Assembly (NCBI GenBank): GCA_051530055.1
Contig: CM121343.1
Span: 4,124,389-4,188,388, forward strand
Direction: 5' to 3'
Source: Neoechinorhynchus agilis
Lineage: Eukaryota > Animalia > Acanthocephala
DNA: 64,000 nt
The notes under the pieces are model-generated. The model saw nothing but the letters and a program-made list of their open reading frames with translations. It made no database searches and was not told where the DNA came from. Position 1 is the stretch's first letter, and every line of letters begins with the position of its first letter. Below, in pieces: positions 22,580 through 34,879 of this stretch. Both the position numbers and the translations under genes were made by a program.

Positions 22580-24438
22580 GATCCGAAAAAAATGGTTTTT
22601 TCTTAAACCAAAGAAGTCTCTAAAACTCATGAGGGTTTTATGTTTTTTATTTAGATCCGAAAAAAATGGTTTCTTCTTAAACCAAAGAAGTCTCTAAAAC
22701 TCATGAGGGTTTTATGTTTTTTATTTAGATCCGAAAAAATGGTTTCTTCTTAAACCAAAGAAGTCTTTAAAACTCATGAGGGTTTTGTGTTTTTTATTTA
22801 GATCCGAAAAAAATGGTTTCTTCTTAAACCAAAGAAGTCTCTAAAACTCATGAGGGTTTTGTGTTTTTTATTTAGATCCGAAAAAAATGGTTTCTTCTTA
22901 AACCAAAGAAGTCTTTAAAACTCATGAGGGTTTTGTGTTTTTTATTTAGATCCGAAAAAATGGTTTCTTCTTAAACCAAAGAAGTCTTTAAAACTCATGA
23001 GGGTTTTATGTTTTTTATTTAGATCCGAAAAAAATGGTTTCTTCTTAAACCAAAGAAGTCTCTAAAACTCATGAGGGTTTTATGTTTTTTTAATTTAGAT
23101 CCGAAAAAATGGTTTCTTCTTAAACCAAAGAAGTCTCTAAAACTCATGAGGGTTTTGTGTTTTTTTAATTTAGATCCGAAAAAATGGTTTCTTCTTAAAC
23201 CAAAGAAGTCTTTAAAACTCATGAGGGTTTTATGTTTTTTATTTAGATCCGAAAATGGTTTCTTCTTAAACCAAAGAAGTCTTTAAAACTCATGAGGGTT
23301 TTGTGTTTTTTTTAATTTAGATCCGAAAAAATGGTTTCTTCTTAAACCAAAGAAGTCTTTAAAACTCATGAGGGTTTTATGTTTTTTTAATTTAGATCGA
23401 AAAATGGTTTCTTCTTAAACCAAAGAAGTCTTTAAAACTCATGAGGGTTTTGTGTTTTTTTAATTTAGATCCGAAAAAATGGTTTCTTCTTAAACCAAAG
23501 AAGTCTCTAAAACTCATGAGGGTTTTGTGTTTTTTATTTAGATCCGAAAAAATGGTTCTTCTTAAACCAAAGAAGTCTCTAAAACTCATGAGGGTTTTGT
23601 GTTTTTTATTTAGATCGAAAAAATGGTTTCTTCTTAAACCAAAGAAGTCTTTAAAACTCATGAGGGTTTTATGTTTTTTATTTAGATCCGAAAAAATGGT
23701 TTCTTCTTAAACCAAAGAAGTCTCTAAAACTCATGAGGTTTATGTTTTTATTTAGATCCGAAAAAATGGTTTCTTCTTAAACCAAAGAAGTCTCTAAAAC
23801 TCATGAGGGTTTTGTGTTTTTTAATTTAGATCCGAAAAAATGGTTTCTTCTTAAACCAAAGAAGTCTTTAAAACTCATGAGGGTTTTGTGTTTTTTTAAT
23901 TTAGATCCGAAAAAATGGTTTCTTCTTAAACCAAAGAAGTCTTTAAAACTCATGAGGGTTTTATGTTTTTTATTTAGATCCGAAAATGGTTTCTTCTTAA
24001 ACCAAAGAAGTCTTTAAAACTCATGAGGGTTTTGTGTTTTTTTAATTTAGATCCGAAAAAATGGTTTCTTCTTAAACCAAAGAAGTCTTTAAAACTCATG
24101 AGGGTTTTATGTTTTTTATTTAGATCCGAAAAAATGGTTTCTTCTTAAACCAAAGAAGTCTTTAAAACTCATGAGGGTTTTGTGTTTTTTTAATTTAGAT
24201 CCGAAAAAATGGTTTCTTCTTAAACCAAAGAAGTCTTTAAAACTCATGAGGGTTTTGTGTTTTTTTAATTTAGATCCGAAAAAATGGTTTCTTCTTAAAC
24301 CAAAGAAGTCTTTAAAACTCATGAGGGTTTTGTGTTTTTTTAATTTAGATCCGAAAAAATGGTTTCTTCTTAAACCAAAGAAGTCTTTAAAACTCATGAG
24401 GGTTTTATGTTTTTTTAATTTAGATCCGAAAAAATGGT
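22580..24438. repeat. Tandem array of a ~73-76-bp unit, about 25 copies
   Basis: The unit GATCCGAAAAAATGGTTTCTTCTTAAACCAAAGAAGTCT(T/C)TAAAACTCATGAGGGTTTT(G/A)TGTTTTTT(A)ATTTA repeats head to tail with no spacers. Confidence 0.97.
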
Positions 24439-25627
24439 GCAAAAACCCCAGAGTGTCGAGTTTGGGAGAGTTCATCAAAGCAAAAATTTTGGAAGCTACG
24501 CCATTTGAGAGATGGAAACAAATACTGAATTCGAATCACAGTAAACCAAAAATCAATAAGACGTATCGTTCGGATTATCGACTCACACGACCGTAATCCA
24601 ACGAGCGCATAAAAAATCTCTAGGCGCACTTAGAATTAAAGGAGAATTTTCACTAAAAACTCTATATTCGCTTTTGCTTCTCTGTTTAAGAACATTTTCG
24701 AGACGATGGTGTAATTTTTACGAGCCAAGAAGTATCTCTGAACATTGTTCCTCGGCGACCTTGGCCTCGTAATTAGATTTAGCGATTATTTAAACGAAGA
24801 ATAATACTGCTTTAACATTCGTGCAGACCGAATCGCGGGTTGTGGCCATCCAATCCATCGATCACTTGGATCGTAAAGCGATTAACAAACGCTAGGATTA
24901 AGGTATCTAGAAATGAACCTTAAGTCTTCTGACCAATTTCTCTTTGATTCAACAATCCTGCGCATTGGCTCAAATTATGATGCTGTGCATTCGCCAAGTT
25001 CGAAGTTTACTGGAGCATTTAAGTACCGAATGAACTTTTTGCGATTCTTGTTCCTTTTTTTGGCATTCAGACCCACTACACATACAAGAAATCATTTCTT
25101 TGACCACTTTAGGAGAAACGCAGTTTATTGATAGCTCTTAACTTGTTAAAGACGCTATCACGATTGATTTCTACCTTTCCCGCTCCTCGCGTTCTGATAA
25201 TGACAACGGATAACTTTGAAGCCACCTAGCGACAAGGACAAACTACAAGTAAATTAGATCGAAAAGCATGGAATGATTACTTTTCAGAATAAATGCATAC
25301 ATTTATACCGCCGTCCTTGACATTTGGATGAAATTTGCTGAAAAAATAAGTATTAAAAAATACAATCTTATCAGAGGGTACCTTCACCGCTCGAGTTTTG
25401 TCCATAACTGAGGAGAGTGAGAGGACGGTTAACTTATGGTTATAGAATCTTCTTTTTATCGCTAAGCCGTGCAACGGAAATCTTTTTTCGAAATATTTTT
25501 GAACTTAACAAAAAATATAACATTTGACGATCTTCGACGATATTGTTCATAAGCGTTCACTGTTTTCTTCAGTGATTTTGCATAGAAATCTAGCGTCCAT
25601 TACTAACAAACAAAATCCTGCGAAACA

Positions 25628-26500
25628 ATGGAAATTGACGGAACGAATATGAGGAAATCAGACGATGGATATAGCGACGGATCAGATTCTCCTCCCAGCC
25701 CTATACCTTCAAGAAGGCTCAGGACGATCTCAGCATCGGATAGGTTTTGCCGAAATTCCAAATTACGTCACAATGTGTTCAAATCGCCTAAAATCGACGC
25801 TGCTGACGCAGATAATTTGAACGCGCCACTCATCGATCACGTTCAACCTGAGAAGACCAACGCTGCCGGGCTCCCTCGCGTCTCTACTTGTTTGTGTCCG
25901 GTTTGCGGTAAGTCTTTTAAATTAACTAATCTGGGGGTTTTGTTTGTCCATGGTCCCCGGGATCTCCGCTGTAGCGGGTGTGGTTCTCCATCACAATTAA
26001 CCGAACCTTTCGTGCCTGAGACCCCTCAGATCACCACTGATTCTATTTCGATACGTGATATCGTGCGGTTTCTGCCCAGGAACGTCCTGAAACGGATCCC
26101 TAAAGGCGCGCGATATCTGATCGCCAAAGCATTTACGGGATTGCTCAATGATTGCCTGCAAACGAACTGTGCGCCTTCATGGACACGGCTCTTCGCTTTC
26201 TCGCGCTTGGTCCTCTGCACCAGCGGTGATTCTGGGGTGTCTTTGACATCAACAATCAAGGAAAGGTTAGCCTCCTTTGAACAAATATTTAACAATTTTG
26301 AAAGGAATCTCCGCGAGGTTCGTAAGGGACGCACGAATATAAGTTTCGCTGCCGTTTTTCAAAGCGATCACGCGGACGGAGATGTTGGGGGGCTGTTCGG
26401 TTATTGTCATCCTCCGACAGTTTCGCAAAAGTAGACAGCGAGACGCTACAAATACTTCTTCAAGTGCCGCAAATGATCCTCATCATTCGACCCCGTGACA
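25628..26500 (+). mobile_element. 5' fragment of a CRE-clade retrotransposon ORF, truncated before the RT
   Basis: It has the zinc finger CPVCGK...LFVHGPRDLRCSGCG and LKRIPKGAR...SW.RLFAF, then a frameshifted GDV.G.VRLLSSSD region. It is homologous to the start of the element at 41290. Confidence 0.75.
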
Positions 26501-27472
26501 ATAATATGATCAAAATTAAGCAAAACCGATTCCCAGCGCTATCAATACTCACATTTCTGACTTGAGAACGTCCACTTTTAAATGTCCGGCTTTGGTCAAT
26601 TCAAAAATATTTAATAAAACTCTCGATATCTTCATTTGACTATTCGAATACGCTATTTTAATTTCTAAATGCGTCAATCAATCTTCTACATGTTCTGAAG
26701 GAGTTAATTCTTGTTTGAACATGGAGAGCAATCGGAAATCAGCTAAAGGCCAAATGAGACAATCGATAGTGTAAGAACGACAACAAATCCTTCATCGAAG
26801 GTTCAGTCGCATATAATCTAGAAATCTCTCTTGTGTCTCCTCGTATTAATCAACGGCCAAAATCGATGGTATCTAGCATAATAAAGACAAACATTTCCTG
26901 TTAAGGCTTCTAGTTATCCAATGTCTTACGCTTTTCTGTTTGATTACATAAATCGGACTATTAAATAAGGTAACATTCGTACTTGTAATAAAAAATGAAG
27001 TCTATGCACAAACGTATCGCAAATTGGTTGTTTACAATCACTGTGATTAAAGAATGGAACTTATATTAACGATTCATAATGAATGGGTTTTTAAAGTACA
27101 TAAAACCTAAAAATATCTATTTTATTGACAACGTTTAGTCTACCAACAAGAACTCCGCACTACTTTCGAAAAGAAATCGGTCCCTTGTGTTCACCCTACC
27201 GAATTAGTTCCTAAATCTGATGTATCATCTCCATGCTAGCGAATTTTGAATACAAGATTCACACAATGACCCATAAGGAAAATATATTCAAAAAACAACG
27301 GGTTATAGATCCTGATGTAAAATAAGAAATTCACCGGCACTTCACTTATTGTCAAGTGATACGTTTGCCAATTACTTTTCAACAGTGAATTTGTACTTTT
27401 TTTGTTTTGTAATCAGAGTTTGTTGCCTCGGACATTCGGCCAAATGCTTATGGCATCACATTAACAATCAAT

Positions 27473-29614
27473 TTATTTACGTCCATTTGCTTGTGATAAT
27501 AGGTTATTTTCAATGTTTACTGCCTCACGAATTCCGGACAATGCAGCTCCCTTTGCAGTACCGATTGCAATTCCGGCAGCGTATTCTCCGGCAAAATACA
27601 CTTTAGGTTGCTTGAGTCGATTCACCAATGGATCGATAATATACGTCAACTCGGACCCTTTACATTCTTTTGAATAAAATGAACGCGAGGAAAAGAAGTG
27701 TTCCTGTAAACCCCATCTACTGATTAAGAAATCACTAGGAGTTTGAATTTCCCTGTCGCCAAAAATAAAGCTTAGTATTGTCAGACATCTTGACGTTATC
27801 AAAATATTGTTGAGGCGTTCAAAAGCCTCTCCGGCAGCGCCCGAGACAAGAACCTCAAGAATTGGCTGGTCCTCAATCTGGCGAAATAAATAGCACTCCC
27901 CTCTCGACTTATCCGATCCAGAGCAGTAACCAAACATACGTTGATTTTTCCAGAAGACCGAGCGGAATTTCAGAAATACGCGATTGAAACAACCGGGGTT
28001 TATTCTCCCGAGAGCCGTCTGCTTTTCTATTGGTAAAGGTGGATCAAATATTGAACGAGTCATTTCAGAAAAGAGTAATATTCGTTCTCAAAGGACCCAT
28101 TTCTTCTACAATACAGCCAGACTTGATAACGCCAATAGGAACTGCAACCAAGACTGCGTCACATTTCGAAGTAACATTTCTCGCATTTTCTGAATCAAAC
28201 CCATTTATTGTCACTAAAGATCCGTCCTCGTAGCCAACTCGATTAACAGCAAAGTTGTAGCGAATGTGAAGACCTTCTGCTAAGGCGCTTGTTATATACG
28301 ACACCTTTGACACTTGCTTTCTACTCGATCTGGTCACTGATGGACTAAAGAAATCTTTATAGAAGATGGTCTCTCGACACGGAAATTCACTCAGTTGCAC
28401 GCCCTTTTCGGCTTCGAAATTGGCCAGAAACCAATTAAATATTCGTCGATCTTGACATGTCATGTACTCAGCAGCCGGCTCATTCGCTATCAGACTTACA
28501 ATGCTCGCTTCCAATTTCTTAATGCGTCTGTCCAAGTCGGCACAATCTCTCATGTATCGCTTAAGAACGCTTAACACTTCTCTACTTGAAGAAATGCGAT
28601 CATTTTCAATACTATTTCTCCATATTCTGCAGATTTTCCTTTTAGAGATAACGCAATGTTCTCGTTTTAAGTATAAACCCAACAGGATTTTCAAGTTCAT
28701 CTCTAGAAGCTCGCAATAATCAGTATAGATGCGTTTTATCGCTATTTCCTCGGTGTTCATTACGGCACCAATTAATGCTTCTAAATCTAAGGGCAATTGA
28801 ACCGAAGGCCACTTGTGATCTACGATCGCCGCACAAATGTTCAATACGTTATTTACGTGAGTAAGAACGGCCTTTTTGCGTGCCATTGGCAATACTCGCC
28901 CGTCGAAATCATACAACGGAATGGAATCGGAAAAGACTGGATCCGTATAGTCATCGATTTTGACGTTTATTTGTCCACATACTGCGCTCAAAGGATTCGA
29001 TTTTTCAAATGTGAACACATCACAGCCTAACTCGAGACACGCTGAGTCAAAAAGCGACAAAAACCGACCACCACAAAATGGTTTAGCCTCAAACATTGTA
29101 ACTTCAAACCCCGCCATCTTCAGTTTTCGAGCAGCAATTAGACCAGAAATGCCGGCACCAACTATACCGACATGGCCTTTATTAGGAGTCATCGGATCAG
29201 GAGAACTCTAATAGAAGCCAATGGTTCCGTTCGCCGAGACGATGGCTGTCCAAAGGTGCTTGGTTGGTATCTCCCAATGTTTATAAAGCCATACTTAGTC
29301 AAGAAATTAACAGCGTTCATGAACATTACTTGGTTAGTATTGTCCAATGTTGATCGAAGATGGGCGTTTGCTCGAGAAAGCGTGACTTCCCTTAGAGGAT
29401 CGTTTAACCATATATCCGTGATGGTATTTCTTAGAGTCATATACTTCAGTGCAATGCTATTAGATTGACACACTTGAGGGAATAATTGCTTTTCTAATGT
29501 GCTAATCATTTGTTCATCCAACTGATTGAGCTTCGATGAGTTTGGTAAAGTTGGGAATTCCTGTGATTCAGCCTCATCCTCAACTGTAATGACGCTGATT
29601 GCAGTATCCGACAT
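27473..29614 (-). CDS. KDM1A: KDM1/LSD1-like protein (SWIRM, amine oxidase, tower) in three ORF segments
   Basis: It has the SWIRM motifs LRN.I.DIWL.DP and FLTKYGFINIG, the FAD motif VGIVGAGISGLIAARKL, a tower coiled coil, DRRIFNWFLANFE, DAVLVAVPIGVIK, FDPPLP, RVFLKFRSVFW and YFAGE...GAALSGIREA. Frame breaks occur at about 29190 and 28065. Confidence 0.88.
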
Positions 29615-30128
29615 TTCACTTTATCTTAAATTAAAAAAAATACGAACCTGAACGTAAAACCTTAAAAGGACCATCGATTTTGAGCGATCAATTAATGTAA
29701 AGCGGCCACAGTTGAAAGATGCCAAATGTTGTACACTCTAAAATGTAGTCTTGTTGAGCTGTTAAAAACCCAGAGATGTTATTTAGTATTTCGTGGACGA
29801 AATCCAACTCGTAACTTTTTAAATATGTAAGCTCTAAAAACTTACAAGCAATATGTAAAGAGGTGGAATTGTCCACGAAATATTAAATAACATGATTACT
29901 TCACGGTGTTTGAACCGCTCAACAAGAATATCTTTCCACCCGAATGTGATCTTGCATCAAACTTAAAAAAGCTCTTTGTTTCAGAATTTCTTAGAATTTC
30001 AACCCTAAATTCAATTTCGAACGTTTAAAACTATCCTTTTCTGCATTTCGTTCCTCCGCCCCTCACCCGATTAAACTTCTCAACCATGTAAACGCCATTG
30101 AACATATGAACGCAAACCTTGTTCAATA

Positions 30129-30518
30129 TTAATAACAGTTGAGTTCCTGGACGCATTGAGAGCGTCTCGCGACCGAAAGAAATGCATCTTCCAGATTTTC
30201 CAATATTCCACCTAGACAACCGAGCCGCTTTTGGTCATCGGATCTTTGAATTAAGGACGCCAATGAATCCATTGAGGTATTTGAACCATTTCTCATAAAG
30301 CGGCCGCCGCTGTCTATCTTCCCAAAGTGGAATGTCGATTCTGGCTTCACAGTTGGCTTAGTGTAAATTATAGCCTCTTGAGCCTCGGCAATGTCACGGA
30401 CGAAACAGTTCATTTGAACCAAAGTCCCGAAGATTTTGTCGTCGAAATGTTCGAGTGAGAGAAAATGGGTGCATTTTACAAAGCTATCGAGAGAACGAAC
30501 TTGCACTTCAGTTGACAT
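30129..30518 (-). CDS. Hypothetical protein, 129 aa
   Basis: ATG-started ORF with protein-like composition. I recognise no motif. Confidence 0.3.
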   Translation of the reverse strand: MSTEVQVRSLDSFVKCTHFLSLEHFDDKIFGTLVQMNCFVRDIAEAQEAIIYTKPTVKPESTFHFGKIDSGGRFMRNGSNTSMDSLASLIQRSDDQKRLGCLGGILENLEDAFLSVARRSQCVQELNCY

Positions 30519-30661
30519 CGCGAACCGTCACTTTGTCTTTTGGGATGATATCTCAATCAATACACAAAGAAAAACAGCTTAAGGCACAAGAACTCAAACT
30601 TCATTCTCGCTCATAAAATCACATCAATTGATCGAAACAAATGTATTTACATGACCGTAAT

Positions 30662-31652
30662 CGTCATCCATCATCCACTGGGGATTCGTCATCCACACCA
30701 GATCCGCCATCCACACCAGATCCGTCATCCACTCTGGATCCGCCATCCACACCAGATCCATCATCCACTCCGGATCCATCATGCACACCGGATCCATCAT
30801 CCACTGGGGATTCGTCATCCACTCCGGATCCATCATGCACACCGGATCCATCATCCACACCGGATCCGTCATCCACTCCGGATCCGTCATCCACACCGGA
30901 TCCATCATCCACACCGGATCCATCATCCACTGGGGATCCGTCATCCACTCCGGATCCATCATCCACTTCGGATTCGTCATCCACTCAGGATTCGTCACTC
31001 ACACCGGATCCATGATCTACACCGGATCCGTCATCCACTCCGGATTCGTCATCCACACCGGATCCATCATGTACACCGGATCCATCATCCACACCGGATC
31101 CGTCATCCACTCCGGATCCGTCATCCACACCGGATCCGTCCATCCACTCCGGATCCATCATGCACACCGGATCCCTTATCCACACCGGATCCGTCATCCA
31201 CACCAGATCCGTCAGCCACTCCGGATCCTTCATCCACACCATATCCGTCATCCACACCGCATCCATCATCCACTCCGGGTCCATCATGCACACCGCATCC
31301 GTCATCCACACCAGATCCATCATCCACTCCGGATCCATCATGCACACCGCATCCGTCATCCACACCAGATCCGTCATCCACTCCGGATCCATCATCCACT
31401 CCGGATCCATCGTGCACACCGCATCCGTCATTCACACCGGATCCTTCATCCACACCGCATCCCTCATCCACACCAGATCCGTCATCCAATCCGGATCCGT
31501 CATCCACACCGCATCCGTCATCCACACTATATCCGTCCATCCACACCGGATCCGCCATCTACACCGGATCCATCATCCGCTCCGGATCCATCACGCACAC
31601 CGGATCCATCATCCACTCGGGATCCACCCATCTACACCGGATCCGTCATCGT
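30662..31652. repeat. 18-bp GC-rich minisatellite, about 55 units (consensus ACACCGGATCCGTCATCC)
   Basis: The unit carries a GGATCC core. It reads TPDPSS on + and DDGSGV on -, and it produces the many repetitive ORFs in the track. Confidence 0.95.
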
Positions 31653-31905
31653 CGTCAAAGTGATCACGAGGACCCAGAGGTACTTGGATCCTCTTCTTAT
31701 TCAAACTAAATAAAACGTGTTGTCGATTAGGATCAAAACGGTCGCTTCGCGCCGATAAAAAAATTGCTATTCGCTCAACTGGATACCAAGCTCAAGATCC
31801 TTTCACGTTCGTTATTAGTAGAAAAATCGAAACGCAGTCCCCGCAATTATAAAGTGGTTCCCGGATGAGTGCCCGCTTATCGCGAAATCGCTTTATTCTT
31901 TATTT

Positions 31906-33105
31906 TTAAGCATGAAACCATGCACGATTGGTTTCATATAGTTTCCTACTTCCTCTTTCTTTATCGACTTGCCTAACGTACGATTTCATAAATTCAACGT
32001 CCTTGATAAGTATGTACTCGCCGCCCTTCATTCTAAATAGATCATAAAATAAGAAAGTCTCGAATATATCACACACGTCAATTCCTGTATTTTGGGCAAT
32101 TTGCACCAATGAGATGTCTTTTTCCAATAGTACTCGCGAATCGCAAAGATATGAGAATAAATTGTAGCTCCAATATTTACGATAGCACAAGAGACCGGAT
32201 TTTGTGAACGGTCTTTCAGGTGTCCCCGTGCGTCCTTGTTTACGACTGAAATAATAGCTAAGATTAATTAAAAATTGACCGAATCCCTGACAGCCAAATG
32301 TGGGATTGACGAAGAAGCAAGATAGGTTTGTGACTGCAGCATCGACTTCGCTTCTACTAAAGTATCCAATAAAAGCCCCGTCAGAGTATCTGTAAAGAAC
32401 GTAAAAGGTAAAAAAATCGGGCATGTTGCACTCGGTTTTGGACGCAATGAACCGAGCTGCAAATCGGGATAAGTTGAGACAAACTTCTCGGTCTACTTTC
32501 CCACTGGCTTGGACTAGCCGAACGCGTGTTTTTTCCCTCCCATGAAATCCACAATATATCTCCTTCCCGAACGTCTTTAGTTTTCTAGCGTACGGACATC
32601 GCCATAGGTGTCGGTTGTACTCGATTCGACTTGCCAGTATTTGAAAGCAGTCGACACATACACAAATATGAAATGATTTTGGAAAACCGACCGCGTTTTT
32701 GTTCAATTTAGGATCGACTAAAATAACATCTTCGCCCAATAATACCAATTGTCTTTCCAGATTGACACCGTCAGACGTAATGAGAGAAAGATCCACACAG
32801 GTTGCCATGAGCTCTATTTGCAGTAGAGCCGATGACAATTTTTTATCGAACTGATCAAGCATATTTTTTTTACATAGTTGTACAAACAATTTATCCTTCA
32901 AAATCTCATCGGGATCAGGACTAATGAGCAGTTCGACAATGCGTACAATTAGACTATTTGTCGTAAGTTTATTAATGCGCTTTCGAAGTGTGTTCGATTC
33001 CTCTAAGCCCATGATAAATTGAAGCATCAATAAGATTTCTTGTTGGCGATTGGTCCATTTCTTGCAATTGAGTAAATAAGAAGTGCGAAAGAGTAGTGAT
33101 GGCAT
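31906..33105 (-). CDS. MYST-family histone acetyltransferase, divergent; may have an upstream exon
   Basis: It has the C2HC finger CVDCFQ...YNRHLWRC, followed by FIASKT, FTFYVL, FIGYFSR, NLSCFFV, GFGQFLINLSY, GTPERPFTKSGLLCYRKYW and ISLVQIAQNTGI. Confidence 0.9.
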   Translation of the reverse strand: MPSLLFRTSYLLNCKKWTNRQQEILLMLQFIMGLEESNTLRKRINKLTTNSLIVRIVELLISPDPDEILKDKLFVQLCKKNMLDQFDKKLSSALLQIELMATCVDLSLITSDGVNLERQLVLLGEDVILVDPKLNKNAVGFPKSFHICVCVDCFQILASRIEYNRHLWRCPYARKLKTFGKEIYCGFHGREKTRVRLVQASGKVDREVCLNLSRFAARFIASKTECNMPDFFTFYVLYRYSDGAFIGYFSRSEVDAAVTNLSCFFVNPTFGCQGFGQFLINLSYYFSRKQGRTGTPERPFTKSGLLCYRKYWSYNLFSYLCDSRVLLEKDISLVQIAQNTGIDVCDIFETFLFYDLFRMKGGEYILIKDVEFMKSYVRQVDKERGSRKLYETNRAWFHA

Positions 33106-33474
33106 CTAAGGAGAATGGGGACGAATGTTCACATATTGCCCAATCCCCTCTCCGATATCATAGTCCGAAATGAACAACTTGAGGAAAGACACAAACTCCA
33201 TTGCAATCCACTCCAAAATCAACAATCGCATTCATTGAACAAATCAGAACTCGAGGGTTTTCACGAGGACTCAAACGGGGACTTGGGTACTCTTCTTATC
33301 CTTTGTGTGCTATAAATCAGACCGACTCATGGTTCACAGCTTCCAAATAACCTTTTAGACGAGCGTTTATCTATCAGAGGAATTGATGATCTTTATATTT
33401 TAAATTTTACACTGGCAAGCCAGTTTTGTTTCCAACATCATTAAATTTAGTTTGTCCCTTCTTGTCCGGCTTAA

Positions 33475-33803
33475 AATTCAAAGAATTGCGCAAACTGCTC
33501 TTGTTTACTCTGGGTTCTATTTGGTCGTCTTAAACCTTTGCCCCTGGGGAATTTTGTTTCAACGTTGTCCAATGTTTTCTGTAAAAACAGCATTTTTGTG
33601 ACTTTAAATATCATTAGGCTTTTAGTGTTTCATAGAAAGTAATCCGTTATAGTTCGAGATCGGATACAATCATTTTGTGAAGAAAAAAATCCCAAACTGT
33701 TCACCGTAACATGCATCCAATAATAAAATTCAAAGAATTGTGAAAAATGCTCTTGTTTACTCCGGGTTCTATTCGGTCGTCTTAAACCTTTGCCCCTGGG
33801 GAA
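33475..33803. repeat. Pair of ~77-bp direct repeats (about 33475-33550 and 33726-33803)
   Basis: AATTCAAAGAATTG...CTTAAACCTTTGCCCCTGGGGAA occurs twice with few substitutions. Confidence 0.85.
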
Positions 33804-34879
33804 ACACTTCCATTCGGGGAAGGTGCTTAAATTGCTAGAAAAAATGAGCTATTAGGATTTATCGTCGGATTTCCCTCCCGACACAACCAAATGGACTTTG
33901 GAGTAATCGAACAACGGATTTTCAGATGAGACAAATTATCCATAAAATCACATCAAGTATACTGATCATTAACAATCGATACAATTTGATTGAAACTAGC
34001 TTAAAATAAACTTTTCGTCGAATAACAAATAGATGTTCATTATTTTAAATGTCATATAATTTGAATTGTTTCCTTGTCTATGATTGGCCAAAAGTTACGC
34101 AACTGTTCCTGTATCTTATTAGGAAGCAACCAATGACGTTCTCTTTGGAATTTCGTGATTCGCTAGTTTCGACGATAATGCACAATTAAAGTCCTAACTG
34201 AATGATCGATTTCAATGCACTCGAGAAAGCACGATAATTTTAGTTTTCATCTTTGTGTCCAACTACTATTTCTGGTTTTATTTGACAAGATTAATTAACC
34301 CCAGAGCTAGTTTCTTTTTTATCGGGGAATTCCTCAAAAGCGACAACGAATTATTCGAATGCGGTCGGTTCCCAGTTATACCCTGCGGCCTAAGCAAAAA
34401 GACTTGAGAATGAGGTAACAGCAAACGGCATTCAGGTCGTTTCGGCATACCTTGGCCGTTGTGTGCCACACGAAAGGCAAAATCACTCCACCATGATCGT
34501 AAGTTCCAATAGATTGGTGGCTGAAAGAACACCGAAATTCGATAAAAATCCATACATGACTGGAGAAATTTAAGTCGGTATTGGACGACTATTTCTAATT
34601 TTTAGGTGTTAATTCAAAGTGATGGTCACTTTCACCGAAGACGAGGCTGAAGCGAGTGAAAATTGACGTAACCGGCGCATTGGTTTGTTCGCTGAAAGTT
34701 GTCCGAAAACTGGCAAGTGACCTCGGTGTGAATTCTTCCCGACTTGTTTACGTCATTTGTTTATATCCGATAATACGCGCACGCAGCGCATACGTCGTGC
34801 TGGAATGGCTCACGTATTTTTTTTAGTTCACCTCTTCGTGGAAGGTTCTCCTGTTATCGTCCTTTGTTTTAGATTTGTG

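Noticed and set aside
22580-24438. CRISPR-like array of palindromic repeats
   Set aside because: The units are contiguous with no unique spacers, there are no cas genes, and the context is eukaryotic.
25480-25630. HDV-like ribozyme at the 5' end of the CRE fragment
   Set aside because: I could not build the nested double pseudoknot by eye.
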